A DNA stretch of 64,000 nucleotides from an uncultured Planctomycetota bacterium (GTDB lineage Bacteria; Planctomycetota; CAYMFW01), in NCBI GenBank assembly GCA_964389785.1, contig CAYMFW010000002.1, positions 813-64,812 on the forward strand, in the 5' to 3' direction. Every line of letters starts with the position of its first letter. The stretch's first letter is position 1. The notes beneath the pieces are model-generated. The model ran no database searches, was not told the DNA's origin, and was given only the letters and a program-made list of their open reading frames with translations. This document shows positions 25,869-36,200 of the stretch, piece after piece. A program made the translations under genes and the position numbers.

Positions 25869-27101
25869 ATGGGAAAGATGTCAGTATTCGCACGGCTGGG
25901 CGCGCTGTGTGCGGCAGCGGGTGTTCTGGTATGCGGTGTGGCCGCCAACGGCGCGGACTGGCCGGACTGGCGCGGACCGAACAGGAACGGGAAATCGGCT
26001 GATACCGGCCTTCTCAAGGCATGGCCCGAGGGCGGCCCCAAGCTGCTGTGGAAGGTCACCGATATCGGCAAAGGCTTTTCCACCGTTACCGTGTCGAAGG
26101 GCGTGGTGTACACGGCGGGTCACGCCGGGGAAAACCTGACGATATTCGCGTTCGATATCAACGGAAAGCCGAAGTGGAAGGTCGCTCAGGGCCCGGCGGT
26201 CAAGGTGGCCCACCCCGGTTCGCGTTCCACCCCGGTCATCAGCGACGGCAAGCTGTATCTGACGGGAGCCGGCGGGCTGGTCACCTGCCACAGCATCACC
26301 AACGGCAAGGAGGTCTGGAAGAAGGACATGAGGGCCCTCGGAGGCAAGCCCGGCAACTGGGGGTACGCCGAGTCGGTGCTGATACTGGACACCATGGCGG
26401 TCTTCACCCCCGGCGGCAAGAACGCGCTCGTGGCGCTGAACAAGGCGACCGGGAAGGAGATATGGAAGAGCGACGTCCAGGCCAACACGCACTACTCGTC
26501 TCCGATCGCGGTGAAGGAGGGTAACAGCACCATCATCGTGCAGGGCTCCGGCAGCGGCATCTTCGCCGTCAACGCCAGGGACGGGAAGAAGATCTGGATG
26601 GACGAGTTCTGCAAGAAGAACACGGCGAACTGTCCCGACCCCGCGTATTCCGACGGGCACCTCTTCTGGGCGAACGGGTACGGCAAGGGCGGCATCTGCT
26701 TCAAGGTCGAGTGCAAGAACGGCGCGTGGAGCTTCACCGAAGCCTACCGCACCAAGGACATGGTCTGCCATCACGGCGGCTACGTGATCGAGAAGGGATA
26801 CGTCTACGGGAACCACGGCGGCGGCTGGTCGTGCCTGGATCTGAAGACGGGCCAGGTGAAATGGAACGACAAGGGCGTCGGGAAGGGCTCCCTGTGCTTC
26901 GCCGACGGCATGCTGTACCTGTTCGGCGAGCGTGGAGGCCAGGCGGGACTCGCCGCCGCGACACCGGACGCGTTCAAGATGAGCGGCCAGGTCAAGGTGG
27001 CCGGCAACGGGCCGAGCTGGGCCCACCCGGTGGTCGCCGACGGCAAGCTGTTCCTGAGGTACGACACGAATCTCTACTGCTTCGACGTGAAAGCGAAGTA
27101 A
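25869..27101 (+). CDS. secreted PQQ-like (BamB-like) beta-propeller repeat protein
   Basis: AAAGGAGG RBS and a signal peptide. DWPDWRGPNRNGKS is the classic N-terminus of the PQQ-like repeat family, with repeated ..G.V(Y/W).... blades. Confidence 0.75.
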   Translation: MGKMSVFARLGALCAAAGVLVCGVAANGADWPDWRGPNRNGKSADTGLLKAWPEGGPKLLWKVTDIGKGFSTVTVSKGVVYTAGHAGENLTIFAFDINGKPKWKVAQGPAVKVAHPGSRSTPVISDGKLYLTGAGGLVTCHSITNGKEVWKKDMRALGGKPGNWGYAESVLILDTMAVFTPGGKNALVALNKATGKEIWKSDVQANTHYSSPIAVKEGNSTIIVQGSGSGIFAVNARDGKKIWMDEFCKKNTANCPDPAYSDGHLFWANGYGKGGICFKVECKNGAWSFTEAYRTKDMVCHHGGYVIEKGYVYGNHGGGWSCLDLKTGQVKWNDKGVGKGSLCFADGMLYLFGERGGQAGLAAATPDAFKMSGQVKVAGNGPSWAHPVVADGKLFLRYDTNLYCFDVKAK

Positions 27102-27281
27102 TTAATGCTGCCAGATAACTCAATTCGGGGACGACTCAAGTCGAGGACAGATAGCTCAATCGAGCCGTCTGACCCCTTGATTATACTATCGCCGTTCGTA
27201 CCGTCCTGCGCAGGTTACGTGGTCTGAGTCATAATGCCCACGAACGAAAACGTGTCAAGGGTCGCAGGAGGAAGCAAGCCG

Positions 27282-28109
27282 ATGTGGAAGCATTACGCGG
27301 CGATACTGGCAATTGTGGCGGCGGGGGCGATTCTGGCGGGCGCGGCGGCGGGATACGCCGCGACGGGGATACCCGTGGCGTCCGTGAAGACGATGCCGCC
27401 GTCGGTAGTGAAGACGGTCCCGCAGGCGGGAGACACCACGGTGGATCCGGGCCTGACGGAGGTGAGCGTGACGTTCAGCAAGGACATGCTGACAAAGGAA
27501 ATGTGGTCGTGGTGCAGTCAGTCGCCCGACACGTTTCCGAAGATAGACAAGTCGAAGATCCGGTTCCTGAAAGACAAGCGCACGTGCGTGCTCCCGGTGA
27601 CGCTGGAGCCGGACAGGACGTACGTGATATGGATCAACACGCAGAAGCACACCCACTTCCAGGACACGGAGAGGAACCCCGCGATACCGTACCTGCTGGT
27701 GTTCCAGACGGGGAAGAAGGGCGCCGCGCCGGCGGCGGCGGAGGCCGCGTCGGCGACGAGCGAGGCGGAGGCGGCTGCGGAGGCCGCCGCCAGGAGCTGG
27801 CTCGAACTGGTGGACGACGGCGGCTACGCCGCGAGCTGGGACGAGGCCGCGGCGTATTTCAAGAACGCGGTGACGAAGGGCAACTGGACGCAGGGCCTGG
27901 AGACGGCCAGGAAGCCGCTCGGGAAGAACCTGTCCCGCAAGGTGCTGTCCAGGAGCTACCGGACGACCCTGCCGGGCGCGCCGGACGGCAAGTACGTGGT
28001 GATACAGCTCAAATCGTCGTTCGAAAAGAAGAAGGAAGCCGTCGAAACCGTCACCCCCATGCTGGACAGGGACGGAAAGTGGCGGGTGAGCGGGTATTTC
28101 ATCAAATAG
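27282..28109 (+). CDS. membrane-anchored protein with Ig-like N-domain and C-terminal DUF4019-like domain
   Basis: ATG at 27282 has AGGAGG 8 nt upstream; the track start at 27234 has no RBS. A TM anchor is followed by ..VVKTVPQAGDTTVDPGLTEVSVTFSKDM.. (SbsA-Ig-like), an Ala-rich linker, and ..SWDEAAAYFKNAVTKGNWTQGL...DGKWRVSGYFI (DUF4019-like). Confidence 0.6.
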   Translation: MWKHYAAILAIVAAGAILAGAAAGYAATGIPVASVKTMPPSVVKTVPQAGDTTVDPGLTEVSVTFSKDMLTKEMWSWCSQSPDTFPKIDKSKIRFLKDKRTCVLPVTLEPDRTYVIWINTQKHTHFQDTERNPAIPYLLVFQTGKKGAAPAAAEAASATSEAEAAAEAAARSWLELVDDGGYAASWDEAAAYFKNAVTKGNWTQGLETARKPLGKNLSRKVLSRSYRTTLPGAPDGKYVVIQLKSSFEKKKEAVETVTPMLDRDGKWRVSGYFIK

Positions 28110-28240
28110 AAGAGAACTGTTGACATCCGGGGGGTTTCCGTATACCGTATCTGCGCTTTGGAAAGCCAGAGGTCGATTCGGGGCGATTCATCGGCCGAAC
28201 GCTATGTAGAGATTGTTAGAATCGCCGGGATGAAAGGGTT

Positions 28241-28519
28241 GTGATGAGGCTGTATATTGGGAACATGTCGTATGACATGACGGAGGACGATGTGAGGGAC
28301 CTGCTCGCCACTCATGGAGAGGTCGCCTCGGTGGATTTGATCACGGACAGAGATACCGGCCGCCCGAAGGGGTTCGGTTTCGCAGATATGCCGAATGATG
28401 CAGAGGCACAGGCCGCCATCAACGCGCTGAACGAGACTGAGATCCAGGGAAGGACCATCAAGGTCAACCAGGCTCGTCCGAGAGAGGAGAGGGGCGGCGG
28501 CGGCGGCGGCAGGTACTAA
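28241..28519 (+). CDS. RRM-type RNA-binding protein
   Basis: 92 aa with RNP-2 LYIGNM, RNP-1 KGFGFADM and a Gly-rich tail. An extended -10 TGtTAGAAT lies at 28214-28222. Confidence 0.9.
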   Translation: MMRLYIGNMSYDMTEDDVRDLLATHGEVASVDLITDRDTGRPKGFGFADMPNDAEAQAAINALNETEIQGRTIKVNQARPREERGGGGGGRY

Positions 28520-28541
28520 ATCCGATAGAAGCGCACAGACG

Positions 28542-28576
28542 GCCGCGCGGGCACACGCTCGCGCGGCTTTTTTATT
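28542..28576 (+). terminator. rho-independent terminator of the RRM gene
   Basis: gccgcgcg-ggcacacgct-cgcgcggc followed by ttttttatt: an 8-bp GC stem plus T run, 23 nt after the stop. Confidence 0.8.
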
Positions 28577-28596
28577 CCAATCTCCTTCCACAGGCG

Positions 28597-28784
28597 TTCT
28601 GAGATTTTCGAACACGGCGGGAGCGGGATACTCCTGAACGAGTTCGTGGTGAGACGAACGGGCCGAAGGCCCTTCCATAGTCCGTCGAACCGCGACCTCG
28701 GAGGCGCCATATCCGCATCCATGGCGCCGAGAATGAGTGAAGGGGTGTCCCGCTCCCGCATTCACGTGTTCGAAAATCTCAGAA
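28597..28784 (+). ncRNA. conserved structured element X, copy 1 (core 28617-28759 plus an extra 20-bp outer stem); candidate ncRNA or structured DNA repeat
   Basis: An 18-bp closing stem pairs 28617-28634 with 28742-28759. The internal blocks TGAACGAGTTCG, CGAACGGGC, GTCGAA, CCTCGGAGGCG and GCCGAGAATGAGTGAA are all shared with 63579-63723. The outer perfect 20-bp inverted repeat 28597-28616 / 28765-28784 overlaps the FadL-type gene stop codon. The strand call rests on two G-U pairs that form only in plus-sense RNA. Confidence 0.55.
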
Positions 28785-30077
28785 CTTCCACTCGTACCCG
28801 ACGTAGAGCTCGTGCGTGGTGACGCCGTAGTCGGCGCCCGGAACGTATCCGCCGGCATCAGGACCGAACGCGTACGTGTATCCCATGTTCAGCGTGTTGC
28901 CCCCGACGTCCACGCCCGCCCCGATGGAAAGCTTCCACGTGTCCACCACCAGCCCCCCCACCAGGGTGCGGTAGCGCTTGGGCTCGGGCGCCTCGTCGTA
29001 GAGCGCCCCGCAGCGAAGCGTCCAGCGGAGACCGGCCTTCCGCTCGTAGCCGACGGCGTACAGCACCACGTTCTTCCAGCGGGCCGGGTTGCCGTCCGAG
29101 TCGTCGAAGATCCCGGGAATCGGGCTGCCGTAGCTCGTCTTCTGCCGGTACGCACGCCAGCCCATCCACGTGGCGGAAAGCGCCAGCAGGCTCTTCTCGT
29201 CCGGGCGAAAGGCCAGGCCGGCCGCGATGCGCGTCGGGTAGTACGTCCTCACCGTAGTGCTGGTCGAGACGGTGAGCGGAATGAGCGAGTTCACCACCGT
29301 AGAGTCGCCCTTCCTCTCGAACGAATACGGCAGCTTGAGGACCAGGCCGACCGAGGTGCGCGCGCTCGGCCTTGCCAGCATGCCCAGGTTGAAGCTGAAG
29401 CCGATCCCGTCGGTGTCCTGGTTGGATTTCATGGTGTACGGAACCGCGCCGGTGCGGCACTTGTTGCAATCGACGTCGAGCAGGCCGTAGTGAAGCGCCA
29501 TCCGCACGCCCAGGTCGAGCACCGGCGAGGCGCGGTAGCCGAGCACCAGCGGGACGTTGGCCGACCCGTTCGTAAAGCTTATCTCTCCCTTCAGCGTATC
29601 GCCGCCCCCGGTCTGCATCGAGTCCTCCCACCCGGTGCCGGAGCCGGATCCGTACAGGCCGGTGCCGAACGCGATCCGGTCCCGCCGGGCGATGTACCCC
29701 AGCGCGATGGCGTGGATGGGCGCGACGATCTTCTTTGCGCTGAACGAGACCGGCTCGTCGCCGATGGGGTCGAAGAAGTCGCCGCGCGACGGGTCGCCGC
29801 CCGCGGCCAGGTTGCGGAGCGATTCGGACGAATACCCCCCGCCGGTGAAGAACTCGTACTCCAGACCGAAGCGGCGCCCCTCCGTCTGCGCGATGCCCGC
29901 CGGGTTGTAGTGGACGGCCGACCAGTCGTCGGCCACGCCGACCATGGCGTAGCCCATGGAGCGGCTGCGGGTGCCGATGCCGTTCGGCTCGGTGCCCGAG
30001 CCGCGCGCCCTCGACCCGCCGGCCAGCATCAGGGCCGCACAGAAGAGCACCTGTGATATTCCAGAAATTCGTTTCAT
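28779..30077 (-). CDS. outer-membrane transport protein, OMPP1/FadL/TodX family
   Basis: 432 aa with a signal peptide. ..GTRSRSMGYAMVGVADDWSAVHYNPAG.. is typical of the FadL family. The beta-barrel pattern ends in the terminal YVGYEWKF aromatic signature. Confidence 0.75.
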   Translation of the reverse strand: MKRISGISQVLFCAALMLAGGSRARGSGTEPNGIGTRSRSMGYAMVGVADDWSAVHYNPAGIAQTEGRRFGLEYEFFTGGGYSSESLRNLAAGGDPSRGDFFDPIGDEPVSFSAKKIVAPIHAIALGYIARRDRIAFGTGLYGSGSGTGWEDSMQTGGGDTLKGEISFTNGSANVPLVLGYRASPVLDLGVRMALHYGLLDVDCNKCRTGAVPYTMKSNQDTDGIGFSFNLGMLARPSARTSVGLVLKLPYSFERKGDSTVVNSLIPLTVSTSTTVRTYYPTRIAAGLAFRPDEKSLLALSATWMGWRAYRQKTSYGSPIPGIFDDSDGNPARWKNVVLYAVGYERKAGLRWTLRCGALYDEAPEPKRYRTLVGGLVVDTWKLSIGAGVDVGGNTLNMGYTYAFGPDAGGYVPGADYGVTTHELYVGYEWKF

Positions 30078-30230
30078 ACGGATTGTGCCGTATCTGTCTC
30101 CCCACGAACAGAGGAAGGGTACAGTGCTGAGGGGAGAAACACAAGACGCGTGAAAACGTGAGTCACCTTTCCGGGAGATGAACGCAAGATTCGTGATTGT
30201 GTGTCACCTTCGTGGTAGTATTAATGTACT

Positions 30231-33200
30231 ATGGGGAGCAGGACGATTGGGCGGCGCGTGGTCGTTGCATCGTGTGCCTTCCTTGCCGCCTGCGCCCTCA
30301 TCCTCTTCCCCTCCATCGTGCCCGGCTCCTTCGCCGATGAGCCGGCAGACGTACCCGGCATCGGCTCCGCCGCCCGCTACCTGACGGGAACCTTCCGCGA
30401 CAGGAACGGCAAGAGCATCGACAGGATGGTCGTGCCCGGACGCCGACCGCCGAAGGTGAAGATGGCCGTCGCGTCCGTGCCGCGGGGCATTGTCGCCCTC
30501 GGGGCGAACGGGCTGGCCGACGTTCCCGCCTTCGACTGGTCCTACGGGTGCTCCGCCACCTCGGCCGCGATGATGATGGGCTACTACGACAACCTGGATT
30601 ACACGAACATGTACACCGGACCGACCAACGGCGGGGTCTGCCCCATGAACAACTCCACCTGGGGCGACGGCGAGTGCCCGCTGAGCGCGACGCACCAGGG
30701 ATACGACGGCCGCGGCATCAAGGGCCACGTGGACGATTACTGGGTCTCATACGGGAGCCCGGCGACCGATCCGTGGGTCGGCAGCTGGGCGGAGCATACC
30801 CTGGGGGACTGCACCGGCGACTACATGGGCACCAACCAGTCGGAGCTGAACAACAGCGACGGGTCGACGACGTTCTACAACTATACGGACGGCGAGCCGC
30901 TGTACGACTACACCGCCTGTGAGCCCGACAGGAGAGACGGCTGTCACGGGATGCGGCTCTTCGCGGAGTCGCGCGGCTACTGGGTGGAGGAGAACTTCTC
31001 CCAGTACATCTACGGGTACGACGACAACACGAAGGGCTTCACCTTCGCCGATTACCAGGCCGAGATAGACGCCGGGCGGCCCGTCGTGATCCAGGTGGCC
31101 GGCCATTCGATGCTCGGCACCGGATACGACACGGATACCTCCCTGGTCTACCTGCACGACACGTGGGATCACAACTCCCATTCGATGACGTGGGCAGGCG
31201 AGTATTCCGGCATGGAACACTACGGCGTGGCCGTGATCCGGCTCGCCCCGGCGGCCAAGCTGTCCGTCGCGGACGTGCAGGTCGACGAGGGCGCGGGCAC
31301 CGCCACGGTGACGGTCACCATGACGGGAAAGAGCTGTCTCGCGGTCTCCGTCACCTACGCCACGTCCGACGACACCGCCACCGAGGGAAACGACTACACG
31401 GAGGCGACGGGGACCCTGACGTGGAGCGCCGGCACCAACGGCGACAGGACGTTTTCCGTGACGATCGCCGAGGACGCGGTGTCCGAAGGAAACGAAACGG
31501 TGAGCATAACCCTGTCCGGCGCGCAGAACACGCTGATAGAGGACGGAAGCGCCGTGCTCACCATCCTGGACAACGAGAGCCCGGACATGGTGGTCGATCC
31601 GGTGTCCGGCCTTACCACCACGGAGGCGGGAGGTACCGACACCTTCACCATCGTGCTCGACACCAAGCCCTCCCACGACGTGACGATACCCCTTTCCAGC
31701 TCGAACCCGGACGAGGGAACGGTGAGCCCCGCATCCGTCACGTTCACCCCCGGCAACTGGGACACCGCCAGGACGGTGACGGTCACGGGCGTGGATGACG
31801 ACGCGGACGACGATAATGTCGCGTACACCGTCATCACCGGCGCCGCGACCAGCTCCGACGCCGGCTACGACGGAGTCGATCCGGACGACGTGTCCGTGAC
31901 CAATAACGACAACGATACCGCCGGCATCACGGTCAGCCCCACCGGCGGGCTTCAGACGACGGAGACCCTGGGAATCGCCACGTTCACGATAGTGCTGGCG
32001 ACCGCGCCGACACACAACGTGACGATAGCGCTCACCACCTCGGACGATACGGAGGGGACTGTGTCCCCCGCGTCCGTTACGTTCGTCCCGGGAGAGTGGA
32101 ACGACCCGAAAACGGTGACGGTGACGGGGGTCGACGACGTGCAGGTCGACGGCCCCGTCGGCTACAACATCGAAACCGCGGCCGCCGTCAGCGACGACGC
32201 GAAATACTCCGGCATCGACCCGGACGACGTGTCCGTGACGAACACGGACAACGACACCCCCGGCATCACCGTGACGCCCACGAGCGGGCTGACGACCACC
32301 GAGGCGGAGGGCACCGCGACCTTCACCATAGTGCTCCACACACAGCCGACCCACGACGTGACGATAGCGCTTTCCAGTTCGAACACCGACGAGGGAACGG
32401 TCTCTCCGGCCTCCGTGACGCTCACGTCCGGTAACTGGGACACGCCCAGGACGGTGACGGTGACCGGCGTGGGCGAAGACATCGACGACGGGGACGCCGC
32501 GTATACGATAGTCACGGCCGCCGCGGAGAGTGACGATCTCGTTTACCACGGCGTGAATCCCGATGACGTGTCCGTCACGAATATCGACGACGACACCGCG
32601 GGCGTGACGGTAGACCCCGCGTCCGGCCTTACCACGACGGAGGCGGGAGCGTTCGACACGTGTACGATCGTCCTGGACTCCGAGCCGACCGCCGACGTGA
32701 CGATACCCCTTTCCAGCTCGAACGCGGACGAGGGAACGGTGAGCCCCGCGTCCGTCACCTTCACTTCCGGCAACTGGGATACCGCGAAGACGATAACGGT
32801 GACCGGAGTGGGCGATTCGATCGACGACGGCGACGTCTCCTATCATATAGTCACCGGCGCCGCGACGAGCGGCGATGGAAAATACTCGGGAATGGACGCG
32901 GAAGACCCGTCGGTTACGAACACGGACGACGACACGGCCGGCGTCACCGTGTCCCCGACGTCCGGCCTGGTGACGAGCGAAGCCTCGGGCGGCGCCGGCT
33001 TCACGGTGGTGCTCACGAGCGAGCCGACCCACGACGTGACGATACCGCTTTCCAGCTCCGACGCGACGGAGGGAACGGTATCCCCCTCTTCCGTGACCTT
33101 CACTTCCGCCGACTGGGACCAGGCGAAGCCGGTGTCGGTGCAGGGCGTGAACGACGACGTGGATGACGGAAACGTGGGGTACACGATAACCATCGGCCCG

Positions 33201-36200
33201 GTGACGAGCGATGACGCGACGTACGCCGCGATCGACCCCGACGACGTATCGGTCGTCAATAACGACGACGACACCGCCGGCGTGACCGTCGCGCCCGTAT
33301 CCGGGCTGGTCACCTCGGAGGGCGGGGCAACCGACTCGTTCACGGTGGTACTGACGAGCGAGCCGACGGACGACGTGACGATAACGTTTGTCAGCTCGGA
33401 CGTGACGGAGGGGACCGTCTCGCCCGGAGCGGTGACCTTTACCGCCGGCAGCTGGGATGAAGCGGTCCCGATAACGGTAACCGGCGTGAACGACGACATG
33501 GCGGACGGCGATGTCTCCTACAGCATACTCGTCGCCGCCGGAAGCGCCGACGGCACATACGCCGCCATCGATCCGGCCGACGTATCGGTCACCAACGACG
33601 ACAACGACATGCCGGGAATAACGGTGACCCCGTCGGACGGCCTGGTCACCTCCGAAGGCGGCGGCACCGCCGAGTTCACGATAACGCTCAATACCCGTCC
33701 GGGAGAAAACGTGACGATCAGCCTGGACACCTCTGACTCCGGCGAGGGGATCGTATCGCCGGCGTCCTGTACGTTCACGCCGGGCACCTGGAATAACCCC
33801 AAGACGGTGACGGTCACCGGCGTGAACGACGACGTGGACGACGGGGACGCGGCCTACCAGGTGCTCACCGCCGCGACGAGCGGTGACCCCGACTACGACG
33901 GCATCGACACGCTGGACGCGTCCGTGACGAATACGGACGACGACACCGCCGGCGTGACGGTGACCCCCACGGAGGGCCTGACGACCACGGAGGCGGAGGG
34001 CTTCGCCGAGTTCACGGTGGTGCTGGACAGCGAGCCGCTCGACTGGGTGGAGATCACCTTCGGCAGCTCCGACTACAGCGAGGGCTGGGTGGCGCCCGAC
34101 GCGATCTACTTCAGCCCCGGTGATTGGAGCACGCCCAAGACGGTGTGCATCGTCGGTGTGGACGACGACGTGGACGAGGGCGACGTGACGTATACCGCCA
34201 TTGTGGACCCGGCGGGCAGCAACGACCAGACGTACCACGGCATAGACCCGGCGGACGTCTCGGTGACGAACATCGACGACGACACGGCCGGCCTCTCCAT
34301 CAGTCCCACCGGGGGGCTGGTGACCACGGAGGCGGGCGGCACCGCGACCTTCGTCGTCACGATGGCCAGCGAGCCGACGTCGGCGGTGACGATCGACCTG
34401 ACGAGCACGGACGAGTCGGAGGGCCGGGTGAGCCCCACTCCGCTCGTATTCATGGCCGCGAACTGGAGCAAGACCCACACGGTGACGATCACGGGGCAGG
34501 ACGACGCCGTCGCCGACGGCACCGTGGCGTTCCAGGTGATAACGGACGCCGCCGTCAGCGACGATCCGCTCTACAGCGGGACAGACCTCGACGACGTGGA
34601 CGTCACCAATGACGACAACGAGGTACCCGGCGTAACGATAAATCCGACCGGCGGACTGACAACCACCGAGGCGGGCGGCTTCGCCGAATTCAGCGTATCG
34701 CTCGGATCGGAGCCAGCGGCGAGCGTCACCGTCGGGTTCTCCGTTTCGGACCCGTCGGAGGGCCAGGTGACGCCGGCGGAGGTGATCTTCACGAACCAGA
34801 ACTGGGATACGGTGCGGACGGTGACGGTGACCGGTATCGACGACGACGCGGACGACGGCGACGCGGGCTATAGCGTGGTGTCCGGCGCCGTGGTAAGCGC
34901 GGACCCGGTGTACGACGGCATAGACCCGTCCGACGTGTCGGTGACGAATACCGACGACGACACCGCCGGCATAACGGTCACCCCCACCGAGGGGCTGGTG
35001 ACCACGGAGACCGGGGGAACGGCAGCGTTCACCGTGGTGCTGACGAGCCGTCCGGGCGGCGACGTGACGATCGGCGCGGTCAGCTCGGACCTCGACGAGG
35101 GAACGGTCAGCCCTTCGTCCCTGGTGTTTTCCGACACCACCTGGGACGAGCCGCAGACGGTGACCGTGACGGGAGTGAACGATGCCCTGATAGACGGTCC
35201 GGTTCCCTTCAGCGTGGTTCTCAGCCCGGCGGTCAGCGCCGATGAGGGCTACGACGGGATCGATCCGCCCGACGTCGCGGTAACGAACGCGGACAACGAC
35301 TCTCCCGGCATAACGGTCAGCCCGGTATCCGGCCTGGTCACCACGGAGGCGGGAGGCACCGCAACGTTCAGCGTCGTCCTCAATACGATGCCCACCGCGA
35401 GCGTCGAGGTCGGGCTCTCCAGCTCCGATACCGGCGAAGGAACGGTCTCGCCGGAAACGGTAACCATCACGGCCGCCGGATGGAACGTTCCCGCGATAGT
35501 AACGGTGACCGGTATCGACGACGCGGTGGACGACGGCGACATCGCCTTCACGATAGTGACGGCCGCCGCGGTCAGCGCGGACGGCGACTACGACGGCCGG
35601 GACCCGTCCGACGTCGACGTAACGAATGCCGATGATGATGAGCTCCCCACGATCAGCTTCGACGCGCCGTCGTCGAGAAGCCCCGAATCCGATTCGTTTC
35701 CGGCTCTCACCGTCTCCCTGAGCGCCGCGTATGCGCTTCCGGTGACGGTCGAGTGCGCGGTGACGGGCGGCACGGCGGACGAGGGAACCGACTTCGTTCT
35801 CCCGGGCGGCACGCTGACGTTCGCGCCGGGCGAGACCGTCGCGACCGTTCCCCTGACGGTGACCGACGACGCATTCGACGAGCCGGACGAGACGCTGGAG
35901 ATAGCCATATTCGACCCGGTGAACGCGGCACTGGGCGCGACGCGCTCACATACCTGTACCCTGGGAGATGACGACGACGTGCCGACGGTCCAGTTCCATT
36001 CCCCGATTTCCGAAGCCGACGAAGCGTGCGGTACCGCCCATATCAACGTGACGCTCTCTTCCGTTTCAGGAAAGACGGTGACCGTCGCGTATTCGGCCGC
36101 CGGAGGCACCGCGGAAGCGGGAGCCGACTACGTGCTCAACGGCGGCGCGCTGTCGTTCGCGCCCGGGGAAACGACCGCGGGTATTTCCCTCACCGTCACG

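Noticed and set aside
28597-28784. Element X copy 1 as a simple bidirectional intrinsic terminator.
   Set aside because: The RRM gene already has its own canonical GC stem plus T-run terminator at 28542-28576. X has no flanking U-tracts and contains about 54 nt of conserved unpaired sequence, which a terminator would not need.
31581-35642. A regular ~339-bp periodic repeat that could be mistaken for a CRISPR-like or satellite array.
   Set aside because: The repeats are contiguous with no spacers, in frame, and encode a conserved protein unit inside one long ORF. No cas genes are present.
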